In this document: positions 36,618 to 49,600 of the stretch, piece after piece
Numbering within the stretch: position 1 is the stretch's first letter
How the letters are laid out: each line of letters starts with the position of its first letter
From: Moniliella sp. 'wahieum'
Taxonomy: Eukaryota
Direction: 5' to 3'
NCBI GenBank assembly: GCA_003971905.1
Contig: RSEE01000052.1
Coordinates: 62,001 to 126,000 of the forward strand
DNA: 64,000 nucleotides
Made by a program: the position numbers and the translations under genes
The notes under the pieces: model-generated
Told to the model about the DNA's origin: nothing
Seen by the model: the letters and a program-made list of their open reading frames with translations, nothing else
Database searches by the model: none

Positions 36618-38214
36618 GGTGGGAGATTAGAGGTGTGAGTGAGGCGGGGACGGTGGTGGACGGGGGGGTGGGGGGGGGGGTGGGGGCGAAGAGACACCCT
36701 GAGGACGGGTGGGCGTTTTATTTATGCGCGTCGGCACTGGCTGAGCCTGAGCCACTGCTGGCCCCCATCCGGGCCGACCGGGTGGCTGGCGTGGACGGGG
36801 CCGAACCCTACTGCGTGCGCGGGGATAACGGCGCTGGGCCTGACGCGGCAAGGGCGGCGTGGGAGGCAGCGTGTGTGCCGCCAGAGGCCCGTGCACACCC
36901 ACACCCGCAGCGCAGGCGCAGCACCGCGGGACTGTCCGCACCTGCGCGCCCACCGCACACGCCCCACGCCTCCCAGCGCCTCCCAGCGCCCGCCGGCACC
37001 GCGCGACGATGATGTGTGGCCGCTGATCAATCGGTCGTGGCTGCCATCCTTCCGCCCCAGCAAACGGCTCCACCCGTTGGCCCTCGGTTTAAGGCCGCAG
37101 CACCCCAGCCCTTTGCGGCTCCGCCCTGCCTGGCCCGCCCGCCTGCGCCTCGCCTCCCTCCCCCCTCAAGCTCCACACTACAAATCATCACCTGCTCCTC
37201 CTAACCCCCTCCAACCCTTCCTAACCCTTACACACCCTGTCACAACCACCACCGTCCATCTTCGTGCCCCGGCCATCCGCATTCGTCTCCTGCGCTCGTT
37301 CCGCCGCCCCAAACCGGGCACGCACAACCTCGTCGGGCCCGTCCGGAATGGCATGGCGGGGCAACCCGGAATGCGGCGGCCCGGGCGGCCCGGGCCCAGC
37401 GGCCTGAGCTCCGCCCGCACTGGGCCGCTCTTTGCTTTTCACATGTCACCCCGCACCAATCTATGGCTGATGCATTGCTGACTACGCGGACGCTCGGGTC
37501 CAGTCTTGGCCTCCCCCGGAGCCCATCTTCCTCTGCCCCCCGCGACCCACAAAGCCTTGCCGATCCACTGCATCCCCGCGTCCGCCCGCCCCGTCGTGTC
37601 CGGCCCTGCGCGCTACCCGGGCGCGGCTGCACTCCAGCCCGGACCCCCGGCGCTCCCGGGACGCGACTGTCCGAGGCCTGGTGCTTTCAACAAAAAGTGG
37701 CACGTCACCGTCACATTATATGTTGCCCACATGACTATCTGCATGGCCCGCCTGGGTTTAACGATGCCACTCCCCGCGTCATTCCATCTTACTGCGTTGG
37801 TCACGATTGTGCCTTCTCGCTACAGGTCCTGCATCTGCCCACCAGTTCAAGCCACAGGGGTTTACTTGTTGCGATGCGATAGGCTACATGGGCGTGAGCA
37901 CATTTGGCTTTTGGAATAGGGAGAGCACGAGTGCACCTCAAACTGAGGCCTCCGGGCCTCAGAGCCTTAGGTGCTCAGACCTCTTGTGGCTCGTGCAGTG
38001 CGGAAAGAATATATGCAGGGCGTGGTTCCGAGAAGAGAGGCACAGGAGAAAAGCCATGAGCGCAAGATCTGGCAAGGGACTGACCGCTGGCATTACGACG
38101 CGTGTTGAGCGGCACGTGATTAATGATCAATGAAGTTGAAATGAACTGGAATTGAAACGGAAGGCGGGAGAACCGATAACGCGATGACGCTACCGGTCGT
38201 TCATTAATCCTTGT

Positions 38215-38290
38215 TCGACTTGAACGTTCAACGTTGAAGTTCAACGTTCAACGTTCAACGTTCACATGTCACATGCCACACGTCACGTGG
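38215..38290. repeat. 7-bp-period palindromic array (AACGTT-N)n switching to (ACATGT-N)n; exemplar of a window-wide family
   Basis: ttgaacgttcaacgttgaagttcaacgttcaacgttcaacgttcacatgtcacatgccacacgtcacgtg. Confidence 0.9.
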
Positions 38291-38448
38291 GTTTCACTGA
38301 TGACATCATGCATGATCATCCCCACTCCGAGTCACGTATGCAGCCTTTACTTGGTCCAGCCAACTCGAGGCCCAGTCGCTCACGCGAATAAACGAGCAGC
38401 TGTCGCCGCCTGTTTGTACCCCTCGGTATCACTCACCCCCCCTCGCCT

Positions 38449-39298
38449 ATGCCCAAGACTGTGTATCTCTGCCGTCACGGCCAGGCTGAGCATGTTCGTG
38501 TTTTGTCTCACCCCCCCCCCCATCTCACTGTTGCGGCGCTTTTTGTTTTTGACACCCCTATTCATCGGGCTTGGGTGGTGTGGCTGCGCTTCCTGCGCAA
38601 CCCCAGCTCGCCGCACTCGACTCCATCTATGTCATTTTCCCCAGAACGTAGCCAACGACTTGTCCATCTCCGATCCTCCTCTCACCAAGCTCGGTGAGAT
38701 GCAATGTGATCGCGTAGCCAACGACCCGAAAGCCGACCGTGTGCGCGGTCACATCCAGCTCATCGCCAGCAGCCCGCTCAAGCGCACACTTCAAACTACC
38801 CTCCTCGCGTGGCCTCAGCCCATTGCGCGTTTTGGTGGCCCTCAATCCCTCTACGTCCTCCCCCAGCTACAAGAATGTGGATCCCAGCCATGCGACACGG
38901 GCTCCTCCCGCTCCCTCCTCGATGCCGACCCGGACCTTCCGCCGCTCGACCTAAGTCACTTGACACCAGGGTGGAACCAGAAGGAGGGGCTGTACGCTGT
39001 GGACCGGTCGGCGTTTGAAGCTCGTGCGGCCTGGGTACGGGCATGGATCAAGACCCGCCCTGAGGACACCTTCCTCCTTGTCAGCCATTTCAACTTTCTC
39101 AACATCCTCACCAACACCAAGACCGGCTGGGCCAATACCGAAGTCCAGGAATGGCAACTCGATCCGGCCTCCCCGCTCCCTGATCCGCCACTCACCTTTG
39201 TCAGCCGAATCACCAGAGATGGCTCGTTTGTCGGTACCGCCGTGACCCTGCACTTGTCGCGCCCCAGCCGCCGCCCGCCCTGCCTTCCGCGGCCCTGA
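38449..39298 (+). CDS. Histidine phosphatase / phosphoglycerate-mutase-like protein
   Basis: MPKTVYLCRHGQAEH|NV (intron about 38494-38644), DPPLT..G, SSPLKRTLQT, LQE..PCDTGS, LVSH, WANTE. Confidence 0.88.
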
Positions 39299-41742
39299 CG
39301 CACTTGGTGCCGCCCGTGGACTCGTTTGGCTTGGACAAGAAACACGACCTTGATTTGGTTCTAGAGGACTCGATGGTTGCGGTAGAAGGGAGGATAAACG
39401 CACCCACCACCGGAGTCGAGGTGCAGGAGTAGACTGCATGACGTTGATACTCACTCGGTGGTAGTGGAGAAGCACAACACGAAGAAAGTACATGTTTCCC
39501 ACTTTGGCTGGTCCCACCTTTTTTCGCTCACCCTTCTACCTCGGGCTGCCCTTAACATCCTCTGCCCCATCTGGGTGTCCTGATTCTTGGGCCGCATCAC
39601 TCGTGGTTGGAAACGACGGATCTCTCAATATCCGTGGTTCGGCTGCTTCGCCTCTTTTGACCTCCTGGCAATAAGGGCGAAGGCGCGAGTACTGTGAGTC
39701 AAGTGGATCGTGTTGTCGATAGGCGGCGGGCCTCCTGTCCTCCTTTCTGGAGACTAGGCTCCATGCGCCACGCTACCCCATGTGCTCACCGTTGCACTTC
39801 AACTGAAAGTTCGCCTCGTGTGTGCATTGGCTTCCACACGGCCGAGATGTCCCACCTTGTGTCCGGGCTGTGGCATTACCTCCATTTCACCAAGTGACTC
39901 GTCACCAGCACTGGTGCAGTGCTTGGTTCTTCGGCTTCCCATAGGGTAGTCCCTGCTCCCAGACTCTATTTGTGTCAATCGTGTCTTCATCTAATGGTCT
40001 GCTTTGAAGCTTTGAAGCTTGAAGCTTGAAGCTTCATAGAGATCTTTTTGATTCAACAGTCACCGTCACCAGAGAGGACGGAACCCCCTGCGAGCTCGTG
40101 ATGCATAATGTCATGTCTCCTAGAAATCTGTCGGACAGCAAAGCTGTGAATGCGGTGGTGGTTCAACGACAGGTGGGACTAGGCCCAGGAGAGAAAAGAA
40201 CGAGAGAGAGGATCGTGAAGTCGGGCACAAGACCAGTCTGGGGCCCGATCGAGCTTCATGCTTCAACGTTCAACAGCTGGTTCGGCGCATCCATATGCTT
40301 CCACCGAAACATGTATCCTCCGAGCATCGATCATCGATCATCACATGCACCACGTGTCACATGTGTCACATGTCACATGCATCACCCCAACCGTCGTCTC
40401 TCCGGCCCGGGCCACACCAGTGCCACACACGCCTGCCACACTCGCCACTCAGAGTACTCGGAAGCACTCAGTACTCGGAACTCACTGCACCCTACTTGGC
40501 ACCGCCACGGTCGATTGTCACCACGTTGTTGACCACTGGGCATTTATGGCCAAGGTCACTTCCGAGTGACATCATGTGTGATGCGCGTGTGATGTTTTCT
40601 GACGTGGCGTTTCCGACTCCATGATGACTTGGATTCGCCACCGCCTTAGCAATTTGATTTCCATCGACCACCATTCCCATTTGCTGCTCTTTGAGCTCTT
40701 CCTGGGCGTTAATCACGTCACCCTGTCACCACGCTGACACCACATCCCACATGTCGAACTGGTCACGCGGTCACGTGACATCTGTCACAGGTGTCCTGTG
40801 CGTCACATGTCACATGTCTCGGTCTCTTACGCTTACTGAGTAATAACCACCTGCTGAAGAGACTGGAGGTACTAGGTACTAGGGACTGAGGACGCTGGCG
40901 ATACTGCGTACTGACTAGGGAATAGTGACTGCCCTCAGGAGTGAGTCACTACTGTCACTAGCCGTGCTCAGCGCTCACGCTGCACGACGTCCAATGTGCT
41001 ACAGCACCCACACCGACAGGGGACCCATGGCGCGTGACGTGACGGAAGAAAGGTACAATTTCGGATGGTGTCCCGAGACCGGGCCCCGGGTACATGGTAC
41101 ATGCGCATGATGCATGAGATCATGAGATCTGAGATCGTAGATCGAGAGACGAATGAGATTCATGATGCATGGATACATGAAAGGAGAGACGGGACAACGC
41201 AGGAGTGTGGTGTTGCATAGCCTGTGTGTGGGAGAAGCCAACGTTGAACGTCGATCAATTTGATCGAACTAGGTCAAGTTGAATCTCTAAGCTCTCCCGC
41301 TCTCCCAAGATCCCATTCCCTCCCTGAGCACCCAGGAACAAGACCTGGTCGGAAAGGGGGGGGGAGACAGCGAGCAACGAGGCGCAGGGCTGCTAGTGGG
41401 AAGTCAAGGGGGGCGACATTTGAGAGAGGAAACAAGAGGTCGTAGAACGGGAACGAGAATATGAAATGGGAACAGGAACCAAGGAAAGAATCAAAGCAGG
41501 AATCGAATGAGCTCAAAGGGAGCGATATGAGTAGGGGTTCTGAGGATCCACTTAGGCCATCTTGATTGTGCTGCTCAGGTTAGGAGTAGAGCGCGGATGA
41601 GGATTTCAAGGGCCAGGAGGGCAGAACTGGTGTGCCGAAAGAGAGAGAAAGAAACAAGAGGTGGCGCCAGGACGGTGGCGAGGGAAAAGGGACACCCAAC
41701 CATTTCTCGTTGTGTTGGGCGCCGGACGGTCAAAGCGGACAA

Positions 41743-43293
41743 TCAATATAGGACGAGAAGAAGAAAGGTCGGAACCCACTGGTACAAGGAACAGAGTGAA
41801 TACCAGTGGAATGCAAAGACATCGTATGACTGTAGGCCGGCCCTGTGCTGGCGCAGGTCCGATTGGGATAGAAAAGGGTAGGCCCTATTACCCGCTCCAG
41901 GTCGAGTGGGACGGATTGGCGGAGTCGAGGAAGGCTGGGTGGTGCATCCCGCCACGGCGGGATGCACGTCGCGGGGCTCGGGAAATGGTACGGATCGGCA
42001 CTGTTCCCGATCCTGAGGACTGGACGTTCCAGAGGACTGGGAAGCTTTTCCTGCAGCAAGCTGATGGCCAGAGATGCGTTTACGATGCACGGACGATTGG
42101 CACGTTGCGCCAATACCAAGGCGAACGCACCGTGCACATGGTCGTGCATCGTCACAGCCTTTGGAAGAGCGTTGGCAAGACAAGCAGGCGTTACGCACTT
42201 GCTTGCGTTTCTTGCGCACCTGCGGCTTGGCACCGTCGCGATTCCCTTCCACGGGAGGGAGGACGAGCCGATGGGATCGTTGGATCATTAGGAACAGGCT
42301 GGGTGGATGGTACGAGAGCAGAAGGGGAAGGGGGCGGCGGCTCAGTAGTTCCTTCCTTTCCGCTGCGCTTCTCTGACATCCCTCCAGCCCCTCCGGCTTG
42401 CCAGTACGGAAAATAGACGAATCCTCCTTCAACCAGTGCAGCATCTTCTGGTTGCGGATCAGACGCGCCGAACCCCCCAAAGGATGGTCCAATTCCCTTC
42501 GCGCATGGGGCTGCCGAGAAAAAGAATTAGAGCCCGTCAGCTCGGAAGGGTCCATGGGGCTGGTACAATCCAAGGGTGTGGACCCAGCGCCGTGCCAGGG
42601 ATGGAAGCACGGTAGGCGATCGAAGGTTGGCTGAGGATCAGAGGCCAGCGCCGGGGACGATAGCCGGGCCCGATTCTCCAGCCAGCGAGCTTGGCTTGGC
42701 TCCCACGGAATGGAACGATAAGGGGGAGCGGGAGGGTCGCCTGGGAGAAAGGGAGGGGATGGCCCGGCGGCGGAGAGAGATGGGTTGAGGAAGTGTGCCG
42801 GGGAAAGGGGTCGTTGATGTGGATAGAAGGCTGGAAGAAACGGGAGCTGGTCGAGTTGGCGCTCATGCCCGAGCACAAACTGAGACGGTAGGGCTCAACA
42901 TGGATTTCCCATGCCGGGTCGAGTGAGGTGCGGGTCTGCAGAAACGGAGGGGCAAGGGAGAGACGGGGGTGGGCCGGGGGACTGGAGGAGGGCAACGATG
43001 GTGGGGGCTTGGAAAAAGGTTGCAAGGTGTCTGGGGTGCCCCTGAAGGTGGCCCGTTTGTCCACTACAGCCTGCTCTGTGCCGGGGGAGATGGCATGGCA
43101 GGGACCAGCCGGGTAGGAGGCGGAGCGTGCGTGTCGAGGTGGTGAGAGGGAGATGGTGATGACGGGGGTGGGGATGCTGCTGCGGCAGAGGCGGATGGCG
43201 GTGGCGGGTGGGTGTGAGGCCTACCGACGTGCCGGAGGCGTGCGGAGGATGCGACCCAAAGAACGGGGACGGTGGATGGAGCGGAGCACGCAT
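41743..43293 (-). CDS. Zn(II)2Cys6 transcription factor
   Basis: KRKQVRNACLSCQRSSKGCDDARPCARCVRLGIGATC at about 42100-42210. Gene limits uncertain. Confidence 0.8.
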
Positions 43294-43784
43294 GCCACAG
43301 GCGGCTGCTCAACCGTGCAACCCAACGTTCAACCCAACCTCAGCCTCGGCCGCACCTCAGCCTGAGGCCTGAAGCTCAGGCGAGAGGCTGGGAGCGGTGC
43401 CGCAACTATGTACATCCTCGGCGCCATCCTCGCTGCCAGAGCCAGAAACCGCCAGAGCAGCCAGAACAGCCAGAGCCAGCCCACTGCGCCACCCGCCTCT
43501 CTCCGATGCAGGCACACACCGGGTGTCTCACAGCGCATAGCACCTGCGCCGATCGGAGACGACCCATTCAGAACCCGGGGAGCCGCGCGGCACAGCGGCA
43601 CTGCTGAGCATTAGGACGGTGCCTACGCCGTTGCCCTGTTGCATGCTGCATGTTACAGTGGTTGTCCCTTCGGCCTTAAGAGCCTAAGCTTAACGCGCGA
43701 ACGCCGAACGTCACCCGTCATGCGTCACCCGTCAAGCTATCGTTACACCTACGTACGTTCACCGTTAAAAGTTTAGAGCTTTAG

Positions 43785-43912
43785 AGCGGTAGCCGGTAAC
43801 CGGTAGCCAGTATAGCTGGTAGCCAGTAACCATAAGAAACTAGTTTCGGCCAGTACAAATATACCAATCGAACCGGTAACTAGTAACTGGTAACCGGTAA
43901 TTGACCGGTTAT
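43785..43912. repeat. 7-bp-period array (ACCGGT-A)n with ACTAGT variants
   Basis: agccggtaaccggtagccag... aaccggtaactagtaactggtaaccggtaattgaccggtta. Confidence 0.8.
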
Positions 43913-46539
43913 GCCTTGGGCCTTATGGGGTAACTGGATGCTTGGCTCTTGGACGTGCGCTGCCACCTTCGCATGAGCCGCTGCCTCATGCGGCCTGCGG
44001 GTGCTCGGGTGCGGATGGCCGATGATCTATCGATGATCATGATGCATGATGCAATGGCCTGCGATGCCAGGCGCACTCGGTCACTCTGTGGGTCGGTGAT
44101 CACATATCACCATAACCTTGTCACCTTTCAGATCTCGGATCTGAATCTCACACCTCCACAGGTCACAAGTCATAGCCACATCACATGCATCATCCGAGGT
44201 ACTGAGGTTCTGAGTACTCTAACTCCGTGCTGACTATACAACTGACTGTCCATTATTAGGTCAACCACGCGCCGCCCTTGCGTTTCTTGACTGGTCCGAC
44301 CAGCCTGACCAAACTAGATCCTGACTGCCAGACTTTTGGCGTATATGTATGACCAATTTCTCTCGTTACGCCATACGCGCTTTATTCTGCGGTATACGCG
44401 CTACGCGCTGCGTTTGTGCTCCGAGATAGCACAGACAGGCTGTATGTATCATTATGACTGTGGCCAGAGTGACTATATATCCCCCCCTTAAAACTTCGGT
44501 CGTGATTGTTGGTGTACGGCAGGACATACCGACGTAACCGGTGGTTAACGTTCAACGTTCTGTGGATGTGCATCTGTATTTGATCGTGATCTTGCTGTAG
44601 TTGTGTGCTTCCCGTACGGCGTATGCTTCTATGCCTATGCCAATGAAGACAGATGCGTCTGGAATAGTGCGAAGGCGTAACACAGAAGAAAAGAGGCAAA
44701 AGCGTGTGTGCATTTTTGCTATTTCGCGAGACGAGAGAGTGGGCACTTCCGTTCCCGGATCTATCCCTATTCTTTCCAAAACCACACTCACATCATGTGA
44801 CAATCGAGAACCCCGGTCCCTTCTCCCCCTGAGTGTGGCAATTGTGTGGGTACCCGGTAAAACAGCGGTATTCAGCACTGGTGGGTAACACACATACATA
44901 TTTGACAGAGCTGTTGTTACTTTATCGGTTCTCCGTACTTTCATACCAAAAGGTGTAAGCCGCGCGCCATAGACTCTCTTGGCCCGACTCAGGAGCAGGA
45001 ACGGATACATGCACACATTCCCACTGTGGCATCGCACAGGTTATACAATGTATACCGTTGGTGCACAGCTGTCATTATGACGTGAGATGCACGACGCATG
45101 AGATGCATCCGTGTATCTGGCCTGTGGGTAGATCCCGAGAGAGTATAATATACACTCTGTCTCCATGAGAAGCCCAGCGCAAGCTCGTTAGCGCGGTGTG
45201 CATGAGCACAACGAGATAGATACGAAAAGTTCTTCTGATTCGGCGCGTGTCTTCGGTGGGTGCGGTCGGTACGCGCCAATAACATGCAAAAGGTTGAATA
45301 AACCCCACGGCCTAGGGCAGCAAGACGGACCGAGCGAGGTGGAATATCACACGCAACCGTCACGCGTCGCCTGTCATACCTCAGGCCTCAAACCTCAATC
45401 AATCACTAGGTCACTAGTCAAGTTTCAAGCTAGTCGCCTGTCACATGTCACATGTCCCATGTCACAGTGATTGTTGATCAAAGACAATGTCTCGCTGCCT
45501 GCGACCGTCACGCATGTGGTGCATCCTGCGTACCACCACACGACGAACCAGCGAAGGGCAGCGATCGCAAGCCGAATTTGAATTGTACTTGAAGAGCTTG
45601 AAGCCGGTATATACTACAGTGACCAGGAGTGCTATAGCGATTAGTGACAGTGACTAGCTTGACTAGCTGATTCGGAGACCCAACAACTCGGTTCCGATAA
45701 TCGGCGCTGGGCAGTGGCGCGGCAGTGGCGTGTGGCGGTCAGATGGCTGGGGAACAAACGGACGTGAGAAATATTGGCTCGTTGCACACCAATGGAAATA
45801 TTGGGATGCCGTGAGGGCTTCCCATCTGTACCTTCGGTATGTTCCGTTTGTGGGGGCTATGCACAAGCATGCACAGGCCATCAGGCTAGTCAGGCTCCTG
45901 ACAGTCCGGCCTCAGGAACGTTTTGGACCAGGCCCCGAGCGTCGTAACATCATCGCAGCCGTGTCATCATGTTATGCACGTGACACTGTGACAAGAAACA
46001 TACAACAGGGACCAATGCTCTCACATGTGACACGTCCATTCGGGCGTGTAGCAGGGCGTATCCTGCTGTAGCAAGCGAACCACACAGTACAGCTCTGGGG
46101 GGGCGCCCTGAGGCGCCCCACTGGCGCCACCACATGTGCCTCTCGCCTGTCAATCGAGCTTTCAACTTAATTTCAACGTTCAACGTTCAACGTTTAAACA
46201 GTTTGGTTCGACCGGCGACCACAGATCGAGATCGCATATGGAGTCAGTCATATGTCACGTGCCACATGTCCAAAGCATGCACACCGCACAACCCTATCCC
46301 AATTGTGCATTAGCTAAGGTGAGGGGGTTAGCCAAACCCTAACAACAAAAATGCAGATCCAGCGGAGCGCTGTTTGGCATCGCCCATCAATCTCGCCATA
46401 CCAACTATTTTATTGCGCCAACCCTACTGTAACCCTATAGCTCCTGCCCGCATCATCGGAAGCCGTGGCGCTGGCATGCCCGATCGCACTCGCTCTGCCT
46501 GCTAGCTCGCCAACCGCCACTCGATTATCTTCGCCCAGA

Positions 46540-47077
46540 AGTGCGTATCCTTGCCTGTCTTCTCCGTGGTGGAAGGGGGTGCCATCTCCTTCAATGTGTG
46601 GAGGGTTCCCTCCCTGCTTCTATGGCACCCGGAAGTCGGCTGCATTCTTTTAAGGCGCCGGATTCTCCTACCCCTTCTGGTTCCCTTGCCAACGGGGTGT
46701 GTACTGACTGTTTGGCAGTGACGACCAAGCGTAGGAACGGTGGCCGCAACAAGCACGGCCGTGGCCATGTCAACTTTGTGCGCTGCTCGAACTGCTCGCG
46801 CGCGGTTCCCAAGGACAAGGCGATCAAGCGCTTCACTGTCCGGAACGTGGTGGAGGCTGCTGCTGTGCGTGACATGAGTGAGGCGTCGGTGTACGCTGAG
46901 TACACCCTTCCCAAGCTGTACAACAAGGTCCACTACTGCGTCTCTTGTGCCATCCACTCGAAGACGGTGCGCGTCCGTTCGCGTGTTGACCGCCGCAACC
47001 GTGCCCCTCCCGTTCGCGTGCGCTTCAACAAGGACGGCAAGAAGGTCAACCCTGCTGTGGCTCGCGCCTCGGCCTAA
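46540..47077 (+). CDS. RPS26: 40S ribosomal protein S26 (eS26)
   Basis: [39 protein letters not shown]. The start codon A|TG is split by intron 46541-46718. Confidence 0.97.
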
Positions 47078-47419
47078 GACTGTCTTATCCGATTGCATCA
47101 GTTGATCTATGGCATGCCATGCATCCGTCCACTGGTCTGTTTCCAGTGGCTGAAAAGGGGCGGCTCGCATACGCTCGCCATTCGATGCCCCCTCCCCCAC
47201 CGATATTCCCACGCCATTGGCTTGGGTGGTGTGCGATGCATTTTAAACCTATGACGTTTCCATGCCTACATAAAACGGATATTCTTTTGGTAGCGCGCCT
47301 GGATCACACAGGAACACGTTCCAACAAGGCGACGAAGATGATAGATGATGGGGTTGATTGGTGCATGCCGAAGTCGAACGTTGGCAGATTCTTTCGCTGA
47401 GGGGCAATCGCCATCCGCC

Positions 47420-48177
47420 CTAGACTACAAGGAACTTCTGATCTCCCGGGATCCTGATACGATTGCAATTGCCAAAACGTACCACGTCAGTTTTAGTCCC
47501 TCCCATCTTCCCTCCCGTCACGTCCTCCTCTCTCCCCTCCCCTCATATCTCACTGGTACGGTGTAATGAGTCAAGAGGTCGACTGCCGCTCGCCTATAAG
47601 GGACGAAAGAAATGGTCATCCCCGACGTCTGCTGTTCCGTACGTAGCCCAGACCAACAATGCAATGAGCGCGTCATCATCGGCGAGAAGGATGTGAGTGT
47701 GGCAAGTTCGAGTAGAAGTTTACACACTGAATTGGTCCTCATCGACGTTTAAGTCCTGAAGGTTCACTGAAGCATTTGTTCTTTGCCGAGAGGGGGGCAG
47801 TTTTGGGGTGGGCGGGAGCGTCTGAGGGCTGTTGTATCGTAACAACGGCGAAAGGGGCCGGGCAGATGGCACCTGAAACACGCCTCCTGTCCAACCGGGG
47901 GGAGCTTCCTCGGAAGGCAGTGGTGAGCGGAGGAAGAGAGACGCCAGGCTATCTCTTTTATTTCTCAACTCTCGACTGTGTGTGCTCCTCCTAACTGTGG
48001 AGACTGATGCGAACTCCAGCGCTAAGTCTTCGACTTCCACAGGCGAGAGCAGAGGGAAGGTGCCCACCAGGGCGGGAACCGAGGAGTCAATCTGGATGAC
48101 ATAACATGGATGGACCCGTAACTACTTTGTGATGTTGATGTTGGCGATTGCCAGGGGGGAAGAATGGAGTTGGTCAT
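47420..48177 (-). CDS. Small hypothetical spliced protein, divergent from the TRIR-like gene
   Basis: ATG at 48177, frameshift-linked ORFs 48022-48219 and 47720-48067, and intron-like signals downstream. 3' end uncertain. Confidence 0.3.
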
Positions 48178-48352
48178 GGGGGCCGTAAGAGTTGGATAAT
48201 AGAGGCTGTGGGGAGGCACGCGTCGCGTATATAAGTGGCCGTGATGAACGTTTCAATGTAAATGGCACCAAAAATGGGACGAAATCCATGGTGTGTTCAT
48301 GTTTTTTCCTCGGGCCCTCGCTCGTCTCCACCGCCACTTCAGCCTGCTAGCG

Positions 48353-48784
48353 ATGTCCTGTACGTGGTTTCTCTCCGCTCAGTTGGCTCAGAGAGCGCTG
48401 ATGACACTCTCCGTAACAGCCTTTGCGAACGACGGGACTTTTCTCGAGCAATTCCTCAAGCGAAAAGCTCCCCTGCCTTCACCCCCACCAAAACCTGAGG
48501 CCAACGAAGCTCCGCATCAACCCCTAGCTGCGGCTTTGGAAGCTGCGTCATCGGGAGCTGCGGCGCTTGGAATTAAGGGGCCAGGGGTGAACCAAGATGG
48601 TCTTTCGCGTTGGGTTGCGACTCAACGCCGTGTGGAGCATCGCTCCGGCGGCGTCGTCCCAACAGGTGGTACAGTGTCCGAACTTGAAGCCCGCGATGCT
48701 CGTGACCAATACCTTCTCCAGCTTCGCGCGGCTGAGCGGGGACAGCTCTCAGACGCTCACTCGACCCATGCTCTGACCAAGTGA
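48353..48784 (+). CDS. TRIR/C19orf43-like small protein
   Basis: After intron 48360-48419 it reads MSSFANDGTFLEQF..., and the C-terminus ..DQYL..LSD..THALTK* resembles the family's FxNDGSFLE start and RPLVK-type end (recalled from memory, not searched). Confidence 0.6.
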   Translation: MSCTWFLSAQLAQRALMTLSVTAFANDGTFLEQFLKRKAPLPSPPPKPEANEAPHQPLAAALEAASSGAAALGIKGPGVNQDGLSRWVATQRRVEHRSGGVVPTGGTVSELEARDARDQYLLQLRAAERGQLSDAHSTHALTK

Positions 48785-49299
48785 TTCCATTATGCCCAAA
48801 TCCCGTCCGCACGAATCCAACCTCCCACTTCCTGATGAACTAATGGGCAGCCCAGTTGAGTACATACATGTAATGTCCCGCATGCATGTTTTAACACCCG
48901 CAACCGCCCTTCCCCCAAGATCCAGTCCCTTCGACCACCGATCATGATGACGTGTTGGTCATGGCCCTCGACCGTATTGATGGCAGCTTGGCATACATGA
49001 GTCTCCCCCCTTCCGCCTCACTAAGCTTTCTGTACAACCCGCGTTACTGATTAATGGTTGCCGAGCCGAAAGCACTCACTGTTCAGCTTGCTTTTAGGCC
49101 TCGCAAAATCAATTGCGTTCTTGGCGACCAACGCACCTCTCAGATATCAAATCTCACATCCCACGCCCGCGTTCCTCCCGCTTTGGTTTCCGCTCCTTCC
49201 GCATATCCAGGGTTGCCGGCCAGTTTTGGCTGGTTCTGTGTTCCATCTTGTCCTCCCTGAATCCTCTTCTCCTGTGGAGGGACGCCTCGTGGCGAACTA

Positions 49300-49600
49300 A
49301 GACCAGAAGAACCCAAGTTTATTGGGAGGGGAACCCATGGAGAAGTAGAGTATACATGGAATGGCGATGGTGGTGAACGTTGAACATTAAACCTTGAACA
49401 CTTTGAGGCCGATGTCTAAGCTCTAAGCCGCATGGTCTCGAGCCCCAGGACACACCTGGAAGAGGCAGGGGTTAGAACAAGGGGTTGAATACCCCACACG
49501 TAGGCTTCGGAGGTCAATGAGGGATGAGAAGGAAATGTGCTGAGGTTCCCCTGTACGGTCCTCAAGTTGATCGATGGCGCTCGCAGGTTGCGAAACCCCT
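49300..49600 (-). repeat. Degenerate dispersed repeat or gene relic, homologous (inverted) to about 60600-60840
   Basis: Shared blocks TGACCTCCGAAG, TGTTC.AACCC.TG, CCAGGTGTG and CTTGGGTTC; translations DLRSLRV..CSNPCL vs DLRRVRV..CSNPCL. Confidence 0.65.

Noticed and set aside
36627..37920. Long Pro/Arg-rich ORFs upstream of MDH
   Set aside because: GC-rich promoter or intergenic sequence open in many frames, with no domain signal.
38215..38290. CRISPR array or synthetic polylinker (many restriction-site hexamers)
   Set aside because: Eukaryotic context, no repeat-spacer structure, and arrays are degenerate and scattered through natural intergenic DNA.
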